Shown here piece after piece: positions 11,890-23,490 of a stretch of 64,000 nucleotides of DNA; within the stretch, counting starts at the first letter, position 1, and every line of letters begins with the position of its first letter. The notes below the pieces were generated by a model. The model was not told the origin of the DNA and searched no databases. It worked only from the letters and a program-made list of their open reading frames with translations. The stretch spans positions 124,001 to 188,000 of the forward strand of contig MCFE01000045.1 in the NCBI GenBank assembly GCA_002104905.1, given 5' to 3'. Made by a program: the position numbers and the translations under genes. This stretch comes from Basidiobolus meristosporus CBS 931.73 (lineage: Eukaryota > Fungi > Basidiobolomycota).

Positions 11890-13859
11890 TTAATAAATGA
11901 ATCCTCGCTGCGAGGTCAGATAGACCCAAGAGAACCCTAGCCAGCTATAGAGCACGCCGACTGCGCAGTAGATCGAGGTCAACATCAGCGGCAGGAACTC
12001 GTATCTCGATGCTCCGAAAAGGGCCGGGTGCGCGATCGAGCTGTAGAACTGGATGAGGAACGCTCCACAGAGATAGCCGACCTCTGACCACCTGCAATAG
12101 CTGGCCTTGGCCGCCTTCTTGTAGAGCCCGCCTCTCCAGGTGATCCCAAGCACGATGGCATTCCATAGCCCGAAGATGACCAACTTGACTGGGGTCTCTG
12201 GGATTTCGATCAGCAGCGGGAACAGGGAGAAGTAGCCAGCGATGGAAAGGATCACGAGGAAATGATCGCTCGCTCGAGTCTTGCCGAAGAGTAGGTTATA
12301 GGGAATGATCACCAGCAAGATTGCCTTTTCGTGAACATGCCAGCCAAACAGAAACGATGAGAATCCGCAGAGGACGACCGCCCCGACAAATCTGTCCGGG
12401 CTGGGCCTGCGAAAGAGCGACACCATGAATGGCTTTGTAGGGGGCTTTAGTCACGGTTCGTCGGCGAGAGGCGTGGAGATGACTTACCAGCTGCGTGAGG
12501 AATGTCAGTTGGAATGTATGACCAGCCGTCGGAGTCGGTAAGATCCCGTAGGCAATGTCACCCACGATTCCCCTGGTTGCAGATTCCAAGGCTTCGGAGT
12601 TGAGGCTAACCCCCAGGACTTTGTACCCTGCAGAATAGCGTAGTGAGGAAACGGATTGGATTTGGCATCTCATCAAGCTCAACGTTACACTGTATCAACA
12701 TTCGGTCCAAGAACGAGTAGAGAGCCCAGAAGTTAGGAGCCCAATAGGCGTGGCATAGGCCACGTTTGAAAGGGAAAAGACGAACGGCCAGCTGGCCGAG
12801 TTGACCATAGTATACAAACGGGCCTAGGGAAATCCCAAAAATCCCCACGACCACAAGCCCCATCTTGATCAAGTTCGAGAAGGAGAAGGAGTAGGAAGCC
12901 CCTGGTAGGATCGAAATACGCGTCAGGGGGCGATGTGGGCCGTTGGCTGTTCATGACCACCTACCTTTCTTTCTGGGCCTGGCGGTGAAGCAGTAGGTTT
13001 TGAGAATGTAGGCAAAGTAGGCAGGGGCCAAATACAGATAGATATGCTTGAAGTTGAGCAAAGCGCTGAACAATGCACCCGATAAAAGTACGTTCCCCTA
13101 AAGTAACAACGAGGTGGACCGTTAGTTCCCAGGCCATGTCTGTTCGAGGAATATCTGCCCACCCTCATCATCTCGACGAGCGAAAACACCAGGATGCCAA
13201 AGAGAAACCCGTTGTATTGGAAATGGATATGGTCGATGAAATAGAACCCGGGGCTGAGGTAAATCAGGGCGGCGATGGCTTTGTTGCGATAGCTGTATCC
13301 GAAGCTGGAAAGGAACCTGGATTTCGCAAGCAATGTGAGAAGAACCCAGCATGGTTAGTCACTCATGTGTGGATAGGGTCTAACCTGCACACAGCGGCAA
13401 ATAATAAGAGCTCGCTGACCAAGACGGTAATACGTTGGAAGAGAATCGTATTGGGACTGGCGTGGTTCAGGTTGTCGACCCTCAACATCTCAGGGTCGAA
13501 GAGACCGGCGAACCAGGACATCGACCACTCGAACCAAGCAAAGAACGGCGGATAATCAAGAGTCCATTCACTTGTTTTCTGTTGGGATGCTCGGTGAGTA
13601 CTGATGCTCGGGCCCGAAAAACGGCACGAAGCTACGTACCTCGTAGTACCACTTCGAAATCGGAAGATTGTGTGTAAGGGCCAACCAATTTCTATGCACC
13701 TCGAAATCGGTAGAAAAGCTGGAGCAGATTAGAAAACCGGTGGAGAGTGGGGCAGATGGAAAGTGGGACCTACTATGTCGAGTACAATAGAGCCTTGGTA
13801 AAGAGGCCGAAAAACAGGATGTCCCTAGTAAACGTTTCCTTCCCAGAATCCCTTCCCAT
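11890..13859 (-). CDS. ALG8: Dolichyl-P-Glc:Glc1Man9GlcNAc2-PP-Dol alpha-1,3-glucosyltransferase (ALG6/ALG8 family)
   Basis: [25 protein letters not shown]; [14 protein letters not shown]; [22 protein letters not shown]; [13 protein letters not shown]. Several GT-AG introns; ATG at 13859. Confidence 0.93.
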
Positions 13860-14197
13860 GTGCAGAAATTAGAGACCTTGGTTTGTTCCACTTGCACTGG
13901 AACCTTCAGTTGGCTTTTACCGTGGGTTGAACGCCTCTAAATTGATTGGCAAATCACGTTCATTGAATTGGATGATCATTTCATGATATACAATCTTCAG
14001 AATAACATTCCCATAGCTGCTTGTGGAGGACGATTTATTGAAACACGAAAAACACAAACTGGTCATCGGAATGCAATCATATGAGTAGAGTATATATCGG
14101 AAGAAGTAGGGAGGGATACATTAAGTTTGCTTATCATAAGGCGACTATTTACAGGAAGAAATACGCAGAAGGTAGAATGGATGGGACACCGGGCTTG

Positions 14198-15463
14198 TTA
14201 ACACTCCATAACTGTGGCTAGTGTATTCGATTTCTTCGAGACTATGGGTGGGAAAGTGATTTCTGTCGGGGAGCAGTTGATGTTTGCCAGCAAACCGTCA
14301 TTAAAGAGTGGCGATTGTGAGATTTGGACATCGATTCTTGGCCGCGATTGTCTTCGTGATTGTTGATACATATTAGAGATATGGGTCTCGCTCTTGTTGC
14401 CGCCGTTCTGAATAAGACTGGAGGATTGAGTATGGCTCATCGATTTACAAGGTCTTGGAACTCGGGGTTTGGTAGTTTGGACATTATTGGCGCTGGCTCG
14501 ACGGGCCATTTCCCTGTACAGATTTCCCAGGGGAACCTCTGGTAGAGTCCGGACGGCATATTTAGAGCGTATGGTGATGGCCCGAAGAGAGTTCAACCAT
14601 GTCTTGAAATCCTCCAAGGATTCTGCTTGGATATACCATGGGTGCGCCAAACCATTTTGAAGCTCCAGCACCCATCGTTTCTCTGGATATTTGTCGCAAA
14701 TAGTAGCGGTGGTGGACGCAGTAATTTCCATGGAGTTGGTCGACATGGATTGCCCGGAGGATGACTTGAACTGGTAAAGATGAGTTGAGGTAAGAACTAG
14801 TAGGCGGCGTTTCCACGCTTTGCGGTGAAAGAAGGTGTTGCTGATACGAAGCTTGTTTAGCCATCCAGCAAGAACCGCATCCATGTAAGCCTCGTTCAAA
14901 GTGACTTCCTTGATTTGGTGAGGAGTAGCAGCACCTTGATCTTTGAAGAATTTGGGGGAATGAGAGAACTCGGAGCTCCAAGCGAAGTATGCACTGGACT
15001 CGCTCTTCTCGCTGTTGTTGGAGCTGACAGAGGCATTGGAATATTTGCGTGAGCTAACTAAATCATGCGACTCATGGCCAAGCTCGGCCGGGGTGGAGGG
15101 GCCACTGGACTCAGATTCGGAGACCACCTTATCTAGGCACGCATCCAACGATTCTAGCAATTCGTTAACCTTGGTTTGATAGCTCGGCTCAGCAGAATGG
15201 GAAGAGCTGTCCTCTCTGGATACCCTCCGCTGTTGGACAATTGCTTGGAGTGTATCACGAAGCCCATCCAAGCTCTTGGCCAAATTGCTTGGGCCCGCTT
15301 GTTTTCTGCTCTCCACGTACTGCGGAAAAGCTGGACGTCTTTTACGGGGCAACATTGGAGAGGACAAAGATGCGGCATCGCTAGAATACATGGACCTACT
15401 CTTGGACCCATCCAGCAGAGCCAAGGTTTGCATGTGTGCCAAGCTTTTGTTGGTGACGGTCAT
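14198..15463 (-). CDS. PH-domain protein with Ser-rich low-complexity flanks, single exon
   Basis: 421-aa ORF. VLAGWLNKLRISNTFFHRKAWKRRLLVLTSTHLYQFKS...WYIQAESLEDFKTWLNSLR is a typical PH beta1-beta2 and C-terminal helix pattern. Confidence 0.8.
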   Translation of the reverse strand: MTVTNKSLAHMQTLALLDGSKSRSMYSSDAASLSSPMLPRKRRPAFPQYVESRKQAGPSNLAKSLDGLRDTLQAIVQQRRVSREDSSSHSAEPSYQTKVNELLESLDACLDKVVSESESSGPSTPAELGHESHDLVSSRKYSNASVSSNNSEKSESSAYFAWSSEFSHSPKFFKDQGAATPHQIKEVTLNEAYMDAVLAGWLNKLRISNTFFHRKAWKRRLLVLTSTHLYQFKSSSGQSMSTNSMEITASTTATICDKYPEKRWVLELQNGLAHPWYIQAESLEDFKTWLNSLRAITIRSKYAVRTLPEVPLGNLYREMARRASANNVQTTKPRVPRPCKSMSHTQSSSLIQNGGNKSETHISNMYQQSRRQSRPRIDVQISQSPLFNDGLLANINCSPTEITFPPIVSKKSNTLATVMEC

Positions 15464-16432
15464 GATATGATCTGGTTCAGAATATTAGTCAATCAATTTC
15501 AAAGCATTGTATGGTTGATGGGAGCATTACCTGATACGCAGTGGTAGACAGAGGAGCCGAGCTGAGCGGGGGCTGGGGGAAACAAGGCTTTATTATAAAC
15601 AGTATGTTGATGAAGGGTGCCAAACAAGCAGAGACTCGTGAAGTAGTGAGGGACCACGTATTCGCAAGATTTTCTCTCAATACACTGCGGGAAGACTCTA
15701 AATGCTTGATGAGAAACTTCACACCAAGCACTTGCGTTGCATTTTATAGGGCAGAAGCAGTCTCGAATCAGCGCTCATTATCGGCATTATCGGTGCCATC
15801 AACTGACAACATCCAATCAGGAAATAATTAATGACAGATTCAATGCAAATACACCAGAATATATAAATCTACAGAAATCCGACGACCACAGTTTCGCCAG
15901 AGTGACACCAACACCTGAGCCGTAGAAAGAATCACCACCCACCACTGGACCATCTACGAGCGCAAGTGTGTGAATCCCTCACCTTTCAACGAGCAGGCCA
16001 GCATAGATGGCGTGGAAGTTGAGTGGAGGTGAGCTTTGGAACCTTGATTGTTTCATGGTTAATGGCCAACAAGAAGACAAAGCACATCACCGATAGGTTG
16101 TCACTACAAACCATCGCGGTCTGCAATTGGGGCACCAGTGAGACAGGTACCACGGAGGACGTGGGGCAGTAAATTATACTAGTTGGTATGACATTGACAA
16201 TGAAAGAAAGCTCCGAGGCGTATCGATGATTATGTGTGCATGCGCGTATGCGTGTATGTGTATATTAACCGTCTCTTATTTTGTGTAATTCTGCGGTGGT
16301 GTAGGTTGGCCATGATTGGGTGATTCTGTCAGGGTTCACAAGGTGGATGTTACTTTGTTTCACTATCGGGGAAAATGAACACAAGACACCGGTGGGAACG
16401 GCAGGAGGTTTATTATATCAATTGGATTGTTT

Positions 16433-17519
16433 CTATTTGTTTCTATTCCATAAATGAGGTAGCACCTTGGGAAGGTCGGTGACTTTGTGGATCTGGTGGT
16501 GACCGGTTTGAGAGAGCTCCGGATGATCAGTTACATGAATGGCTGTCCATCCAAGTTCCTTGTTGAATTCGTTTCAGCAGACCGCGGTTGAGAGCATGAC
16601 TAAGGCTTGCTTACCTGTGCTGTGTTTACGTTGGCAGCAGAGTCATCAACCAAATAGCACAATTTGGGATCGGTAGCCCCAGCTTGCATCATGGCGCGGT
16701 GATACATGGGTGCGTCTACAGGCCAAATCATTAATTTGGACGCTTGGGGAAAGCCGAAAAGTAGGATGCATACCTGGTTTGGATGGGAAATCTGGTTCGC
16801 AGTAGTCGCAATAAGTGATTCCGTCAAATTGATCTTCAATTCCCAGTATTCTCAAAACGCGTTGGGCGTGCTACAAGTTGTCAATTTAGCCGCTATACTT
16901 GATGTCGGCGGTGGGTTACTTACGGGAAGCCCGGCATTGGTGAAGACCCACTTCTTCATATCCAAGCTTTGAAGCATCTGACGAAGCTCTAGATTGGGCT
17001 CTAAAATGTCTTCTAAAGGCAAGCCTCCATCGACTTTTTTGTCTATTGCAAGGCAAGATTTAGTGCTTGTCGCGAATACTGCTGAGCGGAGATGCTAACC
17101 ATATTCAACCGGGTCGATTTCTGTTTACAAGTAAAGCAACCATTGAGTTCGCAAATAAAGAACATTACTCCAAGATAATAGAGCAGTACCATGATGCTTG
17201 ATCAAGCCACGAACGGCGAGACCGTAATCGAGGTAGTACCGCTCACACAAATGCTCCACTAAAGAAAGTTAACGTCGAGGGATATTGGGCGAGGGGCAAG
17301 CGGATCTGTACCTTCATCTTGAGAGATTCCAACCGCCATGCCGTATTCGTAGATTCTATATGTACGTTTAGTTTCTGCGTCTAGGAGCGTAAGTAAGCTA
17401 AAGTACCTTTCTTTCATCATGTTGGCAATGCCAGAGCTCTGTGGATAAAGGCAATTATCTACATCGAAAAAGAACACCGGCTGTGCCTCTGTAAGTTTGG
17501 AAGTAGCTGTATTCACCAT
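16433..17519 (-). CDS. SDT1: HAD-family pyrimidine 5'-nucleotidase (SDT1/PHM8-like), multi-exon
   Basis: FFFDVDNCLYP (motif I); RYYLDYGLAVRGLIKHH; GITYCDY...SKP; CYLVDDSAANV; ELGWTAIHV; stop at 16433-16435. Confidence 0.88.
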
Positions 17520-17911
17520 TGCTTTCGTGAAAATGAAGGATACCAGGAATTACCAAGTTTAATATTGAAAATCCTTACTACGGAATTGATGTCCAACCAA
17601 GCGGCTCGACGAATAAGGCAAATCAAGCCATTACTCATTATTACTATATACCCAAGATATAGTCAACTTACTATGCCAGATAAAATAGGATTTCAAGCTT
17701 ATATTAATAAATAAGCCACATTACTACCTGGCAGCTAGTATTATTCTAGTCAATCGCCTTCCCCTTTCTTTGCTCATCTGAAAGGGTCGGTTTAATATGA
17801 GTTACGAATATCCTCAGGTAAAGTAAAACAATATGTTCATTGGACGTAAGGCTCATCTTTCGCCGTCTGATACAGCCAACCATTCCACACCCCCAAGTCG
17901 GAAACACCAAA

Positions 17912-19074
17912 ATGCTGTCCGACTTCTTGGGCGACTTGTTTACCATGGGTTGCTTAAAAGTAAGGTTTTCTAATGTTAAGGAGAGTTAACTAGCTGTACC
18001 AACCTTGGTTTATTTAACACCTAGGGCTTCCGTTTCTTCGAGCTCTATCTTCGTGGACGTGAAGAGTTGCTATTGCAGGTATATAGGCAGGGTGATCGTG
18101 GTGCTAAGAAACCCGCGCCTTCCAAGGCCTTTCAAATAGCAAAAGCGCAGTACGTAGTTAGGCTCATCACGGGCAATATCCACGTTGGATTTAACTGTTG
18201 TCTCCCCACGTAGGAAAAGCTCGGGCATATCACACAGAACACAAAAGCAGTAAATAAGGCTACCACGAAGGATTATTTAATCCACGCCTCTTAATTCTAT
18301 ACGGTTTTAGGATGAAGTTAATGCCTTCCGGACCTATGCTTCCAGCAACAACCCCGTTGGATCATGACCTACAGCGGGTAAATGGCTGATCATGGGGGAG
18401 ACGTTTATCATTGTTTCTGATGCCTATTCGAGCACTTAGGACCAAACTCGCACGGCATTTCTCATTGCTGGCTACGCACGATACAAAAGACCTTACGTCT
18501 GGGTAGGCTACTGCACTCTGCTCATAAACAACCTAGATCTAACCCTCGACGTAGCTGCGGTCAAACCACAAAGAGCTTCTGAAGCTTGAGATAGACTCCA
18601 CAAGCAACAAGGATGCGGACAATCCCCTTAAGCTCGATTCTATCGCACAATGGAAAGCCAACGGTTCTAGGGTTTGTTTGCCTCTTGTATGATCAAGCAC
18701 ATACTCACTCCTACCACAGAGGTCAAAGTCTGGGATGTTATCGCGGAAATCGTTACTCTAACTCAAGACCCCGCACCAATCAACCCATTTGCGATAAATC
18801 ACGATTTCTTCGATAGCTTGCCTGTAGAGGAGTGTGTGTTTGCCACCGGCGCACTGATATCTGTACTTCAGAAGATCTATCTATCGAATGTCCCTTATGC
18901 TGATCAAGGTGTGTACAGACAGGACTCGTGTTGTCAGATGATTTGCTAAATCCATAACTTCCAGTGATGAGCGATATTCAACAGCTCCACCAAAGGCACT
19001 TCACCGACTTTGGTGAGTTGGTGGAGCTCCAGCTGATGCAAAAGCAAGCACCGAAGCCCAACCGATTCAACTAA
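17912..19074 (+). CDS. Uncharacterised multi-exon protein; possible single-base frameshift near 18040
   Basis: Exons joined by canonical splice sites give MLSDFLGDLFTMGCLK/GFRFF..ELYLRGREELLLQVY/..DQTRTAFLIAGYARYKRPYVW/LRSNHKELL..DNPLKLDSIAQWK/VKVWDVIAEIV..NPFAINHDFFDSLPVEECVFATGAL/..LHQRHF, stop at 19072-19074. No family assigned with confidence. Confidence 0.65.
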
Positions 19075-19252
19075 TAAAGCCATAATATGTAGATAACATG
19101 TCTGATTGAATCCCGATCTCGACAAATTGATTCTGACCATTGACAGTGCTCCAAATAGTCAGCTAGCTCTGCGCAATTGGATAATTGGCCGTCTTGTCAA
19201 CTATAATAGTCATTGGTGTGAACGAGGTTGGACTTTCTTTTTGTCCCCGAGA

Positions 19253-19883
19253 ATGTCACGACGTATCAAAACTAGCAAGGGCAAAGAGGATAATATTCTT
19301 ACGCTCCCTTCGGAATTAAGAATCAAGATACTTGGCTACTTGAGCCCTCATCAGTTGGCACAACTAGGCATCCTCTCGAGGGCCTGGCAACACTATGTTA
19401 ATGTGAAGCTAAATGTGCTGTGGTGGAATTGGTGCATGGAATATTTCTGGGAAAGTTCAAGTAGACCCAAGGCTATGGGGAAAGCAGATCAGCGCAAAGA
19501 TTGGCGCCTACTTTATCTAGAGGCTCACCTAGGAAAAGAGCTGGGCTCTGTAGCGTACGTTTGTTGAATTAACGGCATATTTACCAACTACTCAGGACTA
19601 AACCCACTCACATACTCCTCTTAGTCGCCCGATACGCAAGAGTAATGAGAATCGACCCGGCTTGGCAAAGCCTTGGCAACACATAAAGGAACCCTCTATT
19701 GAGGTTCCGGCCGAGGCCGTTCCTTTGTCGCATCACAGCAACCACAATAAGGTAAAACCTTGGAGCTTGAACGGCCGTAACAAGATAGAAATGAGAGAAT
19801 ATTACAAGTCGATTCGAAGCAAGCCCAAGTGGAAGAAGCCCAATCATGATAGCAGCAGGTTGGATTTTCTATGGGATGATTGA
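19253..19883 (+). CDS. Small F-box protein, two exons
   Basis: ILTLPSELRIKILGYLSPHQLAQLGILSRAWQHYV...LWWNWC is an F-box. The intron at about 19555-19624 joins in frame to ..EMREYYKSIRSKPKWKK..DFLWDD*. Confidence 0.8.
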
Positions 19884-20097
19884 GGCCAACTCTACCTCAG
19901 ACGCACACTTGCAGGGGCCCATTGAGCCATTCGACCAATTACATTGATTAGTATATTAAAGATGTCAGGACGAAGATACTGTGACTACCAGATACGGCCA
20001 TTGGGAATAAATTTAGATTTATATATAAGTAGATGCTAGAGCCTTGCCTGAATAAACACGCACTTTTGGTGTAGTACCTTCGCGAACACTCATTTGC

Positions 20098-21168
20098 ATG
20101 ATTTTACGCCTGAACAAACAACGCGCTTGGTTGGCAGTAGCTGTGGTATTGATTACCGGAGTTCTCTTCTTCGCATTTACAAGGGATTCCAAAGTGGTAC
20201 TGCTTTCTTCTGAGAGATCTACACCAAAGGCGGAGTCCAACAAGACCTCTCTCAATGAACAAGATCTCCACTTGCTCAAGAAACTATCGGTCCCAGATAG
20301 GCTGAAAGTCGACGGCTCTTTATTAAAACCTCTGCTGATACCACGAGTATCCGGAACACCAGGAAACAAGAAAGTCCAAGGTTTCATCAAAAGGCACTTT
20401 AAAAAACTGGGTTGGAACATAGAGGAAGACCAGTTCAAAGACTCTACACCGCTTGGGGTAAAGTCCTTCAACAATATTGTCGTATCGAAATTTCCCAACA
20501 AACCTAGAAAACTGATACTTGCTGCCCATTTTGACTCCAAATACTACCCAAATGGGGAGTTCATTGGCGCAACAGACTCTGCAGTACCTTGTGCCATCTT
20601 GATGGATGTTGCCTCTACTTTGGATGAATACTTGTCGGATAGCGGAAATCCGGATGTGGGCTTGGAATTGGTGTTCCTCGATGGCGAGGAAGCATTCGTA
20701 AATTGGAACAGAGAGGATTCCGTTTATGGTGCTCGTCATCTAGCAAACAAATGGTCCAACACGCCTGCGCCTGATAATAAGACCCGTATTGAGACCATTG
20801 AACTCTTTGTACTTTTGGATTTGATTGGTGCCAAAGGCTCTACCATTCTAAACCTTGGGCATTCAGACACCCCCGCTATGAATCAGCTAGTTCTTCTGGA
20901 AAAGCGTCTTTCTCAGCTCTCTCTGCTTTCCAATAGTATGATAGAGGACAATTACTTTAGCGCACGTACATTTTATGCAGGTATCGATGATGACCACAGG
21001 CCTTTCCAAGAGAAAGGGGTCTCCATTGCACATCTTATACCATACCCATTCCCGGATGTTTGGCACAAGTTCAGCGATAACGCTGAAGCCATCGACCATG
21101 CAACAGTAGTCGACTTCAGTTTACTTATGCGTGCTTATGTTGCCGAGTATCTTCGACTTTTCCCATGA
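20098..21168 (+). CDS. QPCT: Glutaminyl-peptide cyclotransferase (M28 fold) with N-terminal signal anchor
   Basis: LIPRVSGTPGN; LILAAHFDSKYYP; FIGATDSAVPCA; LVFLDGEEAF; LYGARHLA-like VYGARHLA; VLLDLIGA; IDDDHRPF; IPYPFPDVWH. Confidence 0.93.
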   Translation: MILRLNKQRAWLAVAVVLITGVLFFAFTRDSKVVLLSSERSTPKAESNKTSLNEQDLHLLKKLSVPDRLKVDGSLLKPLLIPRVSGTPGNKKVQGFIKRHFKKLGWNIEEDQFKDSTPLGVKSFNNIVVSKFPNKPRKLILAAHFDSKYYPNGEFIGATDSAVPCAILMDVASTLDEYLSDSGNPDVGLELVFLDGEEAFVNWNREDSVYGARHLANKWSNTPAPDNKTRIETIELFVLLDLIGAKGSTILNLGHSDTPAMNQLVLLEKRLSQLSLLSNSMIEDNYFSARTFYAGIDDDHRPFQEKGVSIAHLIPYPFPDVWHKFSDNAEAIDHATVVDFSLLMRAYVAEYLRLFP

Positions 21169-21384
21169 ATTCTACGATTGTATAATAAATTAACGCATAA
21201 ATTAACCAATTCAATCGGAGCGAATATCTGACAGTCACTTCAAAAATTTCTCTGCTATTCAATTGAAAAAATTTTGATACCTTATTTGATTAACAGAGTC
21301 ATATCTGTGGTAAGCTCTGGGAAAGTTACTCATGCTGTCACGAACAACTCTCAGAGCATTTAGGTGAGGCTCTCCGTCTCGGCT

Positions 21385-22261
21385 ATGCTGTATTCTCGGT
21401 ATTTACTTACAGATTCCCTTTCCATCAGGTTAAGCTCAGCCAACTCCTATCTTAAACGATATGGCGCCATAGGAACGAATACAAGAGTGCTTTACAGTAC
21501 CAGCAGCTCTGGAGACGGAGAGGGGCAATACCAGAAGCAAAGCAAAGAGGAACAAAAAGTAAACGCCACCTCAGATTTGTTCGCTGACTTGGTTGAGGAA
21601 GAAACAAGTAGTGGTCTTGACACCAGTTCACCTCTCGAGCAAAGTCTCTTGGACTTGATTGAACGACAGGAGGAGATTTACAAGAACAAAGGTACCCCAG
21701 GTCCGAAGTTCCTTGACAAATCCCCTCGCAAAATCCCACAAACCGCGCTATGGGACGTTTTGAGCAACAGGTCGGGCTTTCGGTCTAGGCCACGTTCGAT
21801 TCTTCCAAAAACTATAGACGAAGATCAGTTGGAATCGCAGATTGCTCAGTTGCAAAGCGCGAAGAATAACCTGGAGTTACGGAATAAGATGGAAGAGTTG
21901 TTTTCGACCGAGGACACCCCTAGAGACGCCATTCTTGGCAACAACCATCTCCTTGGCTCGGAGCTTCGGCGACCCATACATGGGCTATGCCATTTATCAG
22001 CAGATGAAACGCAAGGGAGTGGTCAGTTATGTTACTGGATGCTCGGCGCGCGTGTACAACGAGTTGTTGATAAATAGCTGGGATATCTTGAGGGATCGTA
22101 CCAAGGTTGAGTCTTTCCTAACGGAAATGATTAAAGCTGGAGTAGAGGCGAACCCAGAGACCAAGAGAATCGTTTCCAGAATCATTTCAGAGGAAGCCGA
22201 GTACGGAAAGGAAGTGGATTCCTTGAAAGTCTTAGTACAAAGCTTAGAGTTGCCAGCTTAG
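21385..22261 (+). CDS. Mitochondrial Mtf2-like protein, split by an apparent one-base frameshift near 21910-21925
   Basis: The N-terminus is Arg/Ser/Leu-rich and presequence-like. The second frame gives FGDPYMGYAIYQQMKRKGVVSYVTGCSARVYNELLINSWDILRDRTKVESFLTEMIKAGVEANPET, which resembles the Mtf2 C-terminal region. No usable intron lies between the frames. Confidence 0.6.
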
Positions 22262-22446
22262 TCCAATCCTCGTTAGCATATGCATCCACCTTCACTCTAG
22301 AGTTGTAATTGTTTGATTTATTAAGTAAATGTGATGAAATATCCTATCTCAGCCATCTAAACTGCCAAAACCTTTGAGTGAGGTTCTCCCTGGCTGGTGA
22401 TCCGTATTAAGTGGTAGGTCGTTATAAGATATATATGAAAAGCGGA

Positions 22447-22490
22447 TGAACCTCAATAAATGCTCACTGAACCTCAATAAATGCCCACTG
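22447..22490. repeat. 21-bp tandem duplication covering the stop codon of the minus-strand gene
   Basis: tgaacctcaataaatgctcac followed by tgaacctcaataaatgcccac. Confidence 0.9.
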
Positions 22491-23378
22491 GGCCCACTAC
22501 TTGGCGCGTCCAAATGGTCGAAAGTACAGCAAAGAGTAGGTATATGCCGGCTGTCCATACAGTCACAAGCATCAGTGCCCTAAGAGCATTCGCTCGATGT
22601 CAATATGATGCAAGGATGATAATCAAATGCCTTCACTTACTTGGTACATGGATTCACTGAGTGGCCTGTCGCCATTTTGGTAAGGTCCCCGCCAGGTGTA
22701 CTCGGCGGACTTCCGGGTTTCTACTCAGATACGCTAACGTTAGATGGGTCTTAAGAGAAACCTCTATACCATACATACTATGCCCTCAGCTTCGAAGGCG
22801 AGAATTTTCTGACTAAGCTCATCCAGCTTTTTCTCCTTTTCAAACAGAACTGATTCTCTTCTGTGGAACTCCTGCTGGATTATGTGTATATCTTCTTCTA
22901 AAAGTGCTTTCTGAACAAATCCAATGAGCGAAAAAGCTCCACTGCGATATAGAAGAGAGCTAAGAGTGACCTTATCTTGTAGTTTACTAAACGAATCTTT
23001 CATGACAGTCTGGCTTTCCATCTCATTTTGGCGGGCTTCCTCAAACCGACTTACCAGCTCGCCGGCTTGCTTTCTTTCCAGGAAAAACCGAACAGTTTAT
23101 AAAAGGAATAGTAATGGCAAGATTTGCAGCCAGGGTACCTGTAGGTTTCGAGCTTCCTCAAATTCAGATTCAGATCGTGTATTGTGTGAACTAGCTATGC
23201 GAAAGGTCAAAGGAGTTGGTATGAGTGGTTTCCCTACGTTCGTTACCTGTTCTTTGGAAGTAGGTTTCCTTTGCGGCTTGGTTCGGACGGCCATATTGGA
23301 ATTAAACTTGGGGTATTCTGTCAATCTACATTTTCCGTCCAGATCATTTCTATATCCGTTTTCACCACTGGTGATCAT
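22474..23378 (-). CDS. Uncharacterised coiled-coil protein with a C-terminal transmembrane helix (tail-anchored), about 5 exons
   Basis: A phase-consistent splicing path gives ..EFEEARNLQ/QAGELVSRFEEARQNEMESQ..LQDK/KALLEEDIHIIQQEFHRRESVLFEKEKKLDELSQKILAFE/KPGSPPSTPGG..CTK/ALMLVTVWTAGIYLLFAVLSTIWTRQVVGPVGIY*. Confidence 0.65.
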
Positions 23379-23490
23379 TTATGAGTATTTTGACTGGGTC
23401 TTTTATTCATTAATATAGAAGATGAGTATTTATTCCGAAATATACAGTGTCAGTTGAGGCTATTAATACTAAAGATACATGTTGACCTGT

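Noticed and set aside
16225-16265. Purine-pyrimidine alternating tract; also short simple repeats at about 52700-52730, 54230-54260 and 63678-63703
   Set aside because: These are ordinary low-complexity or slippage repeats.
17720-17735. ttactacctggcag resembling the U1 snRNA 5' end
   Set aside because: It does not match ATACTTACCTG, and no U1 stem-loops or Sm site follow.
17746-17946. 66-aa minus-strand ORF
   Set aside because: It overlaps the start and promoter of the better-supported plus-strand gene. An MGC dual-acylation start at 17945 was also dropped because an in-frame ATG at 17912 is more likely.
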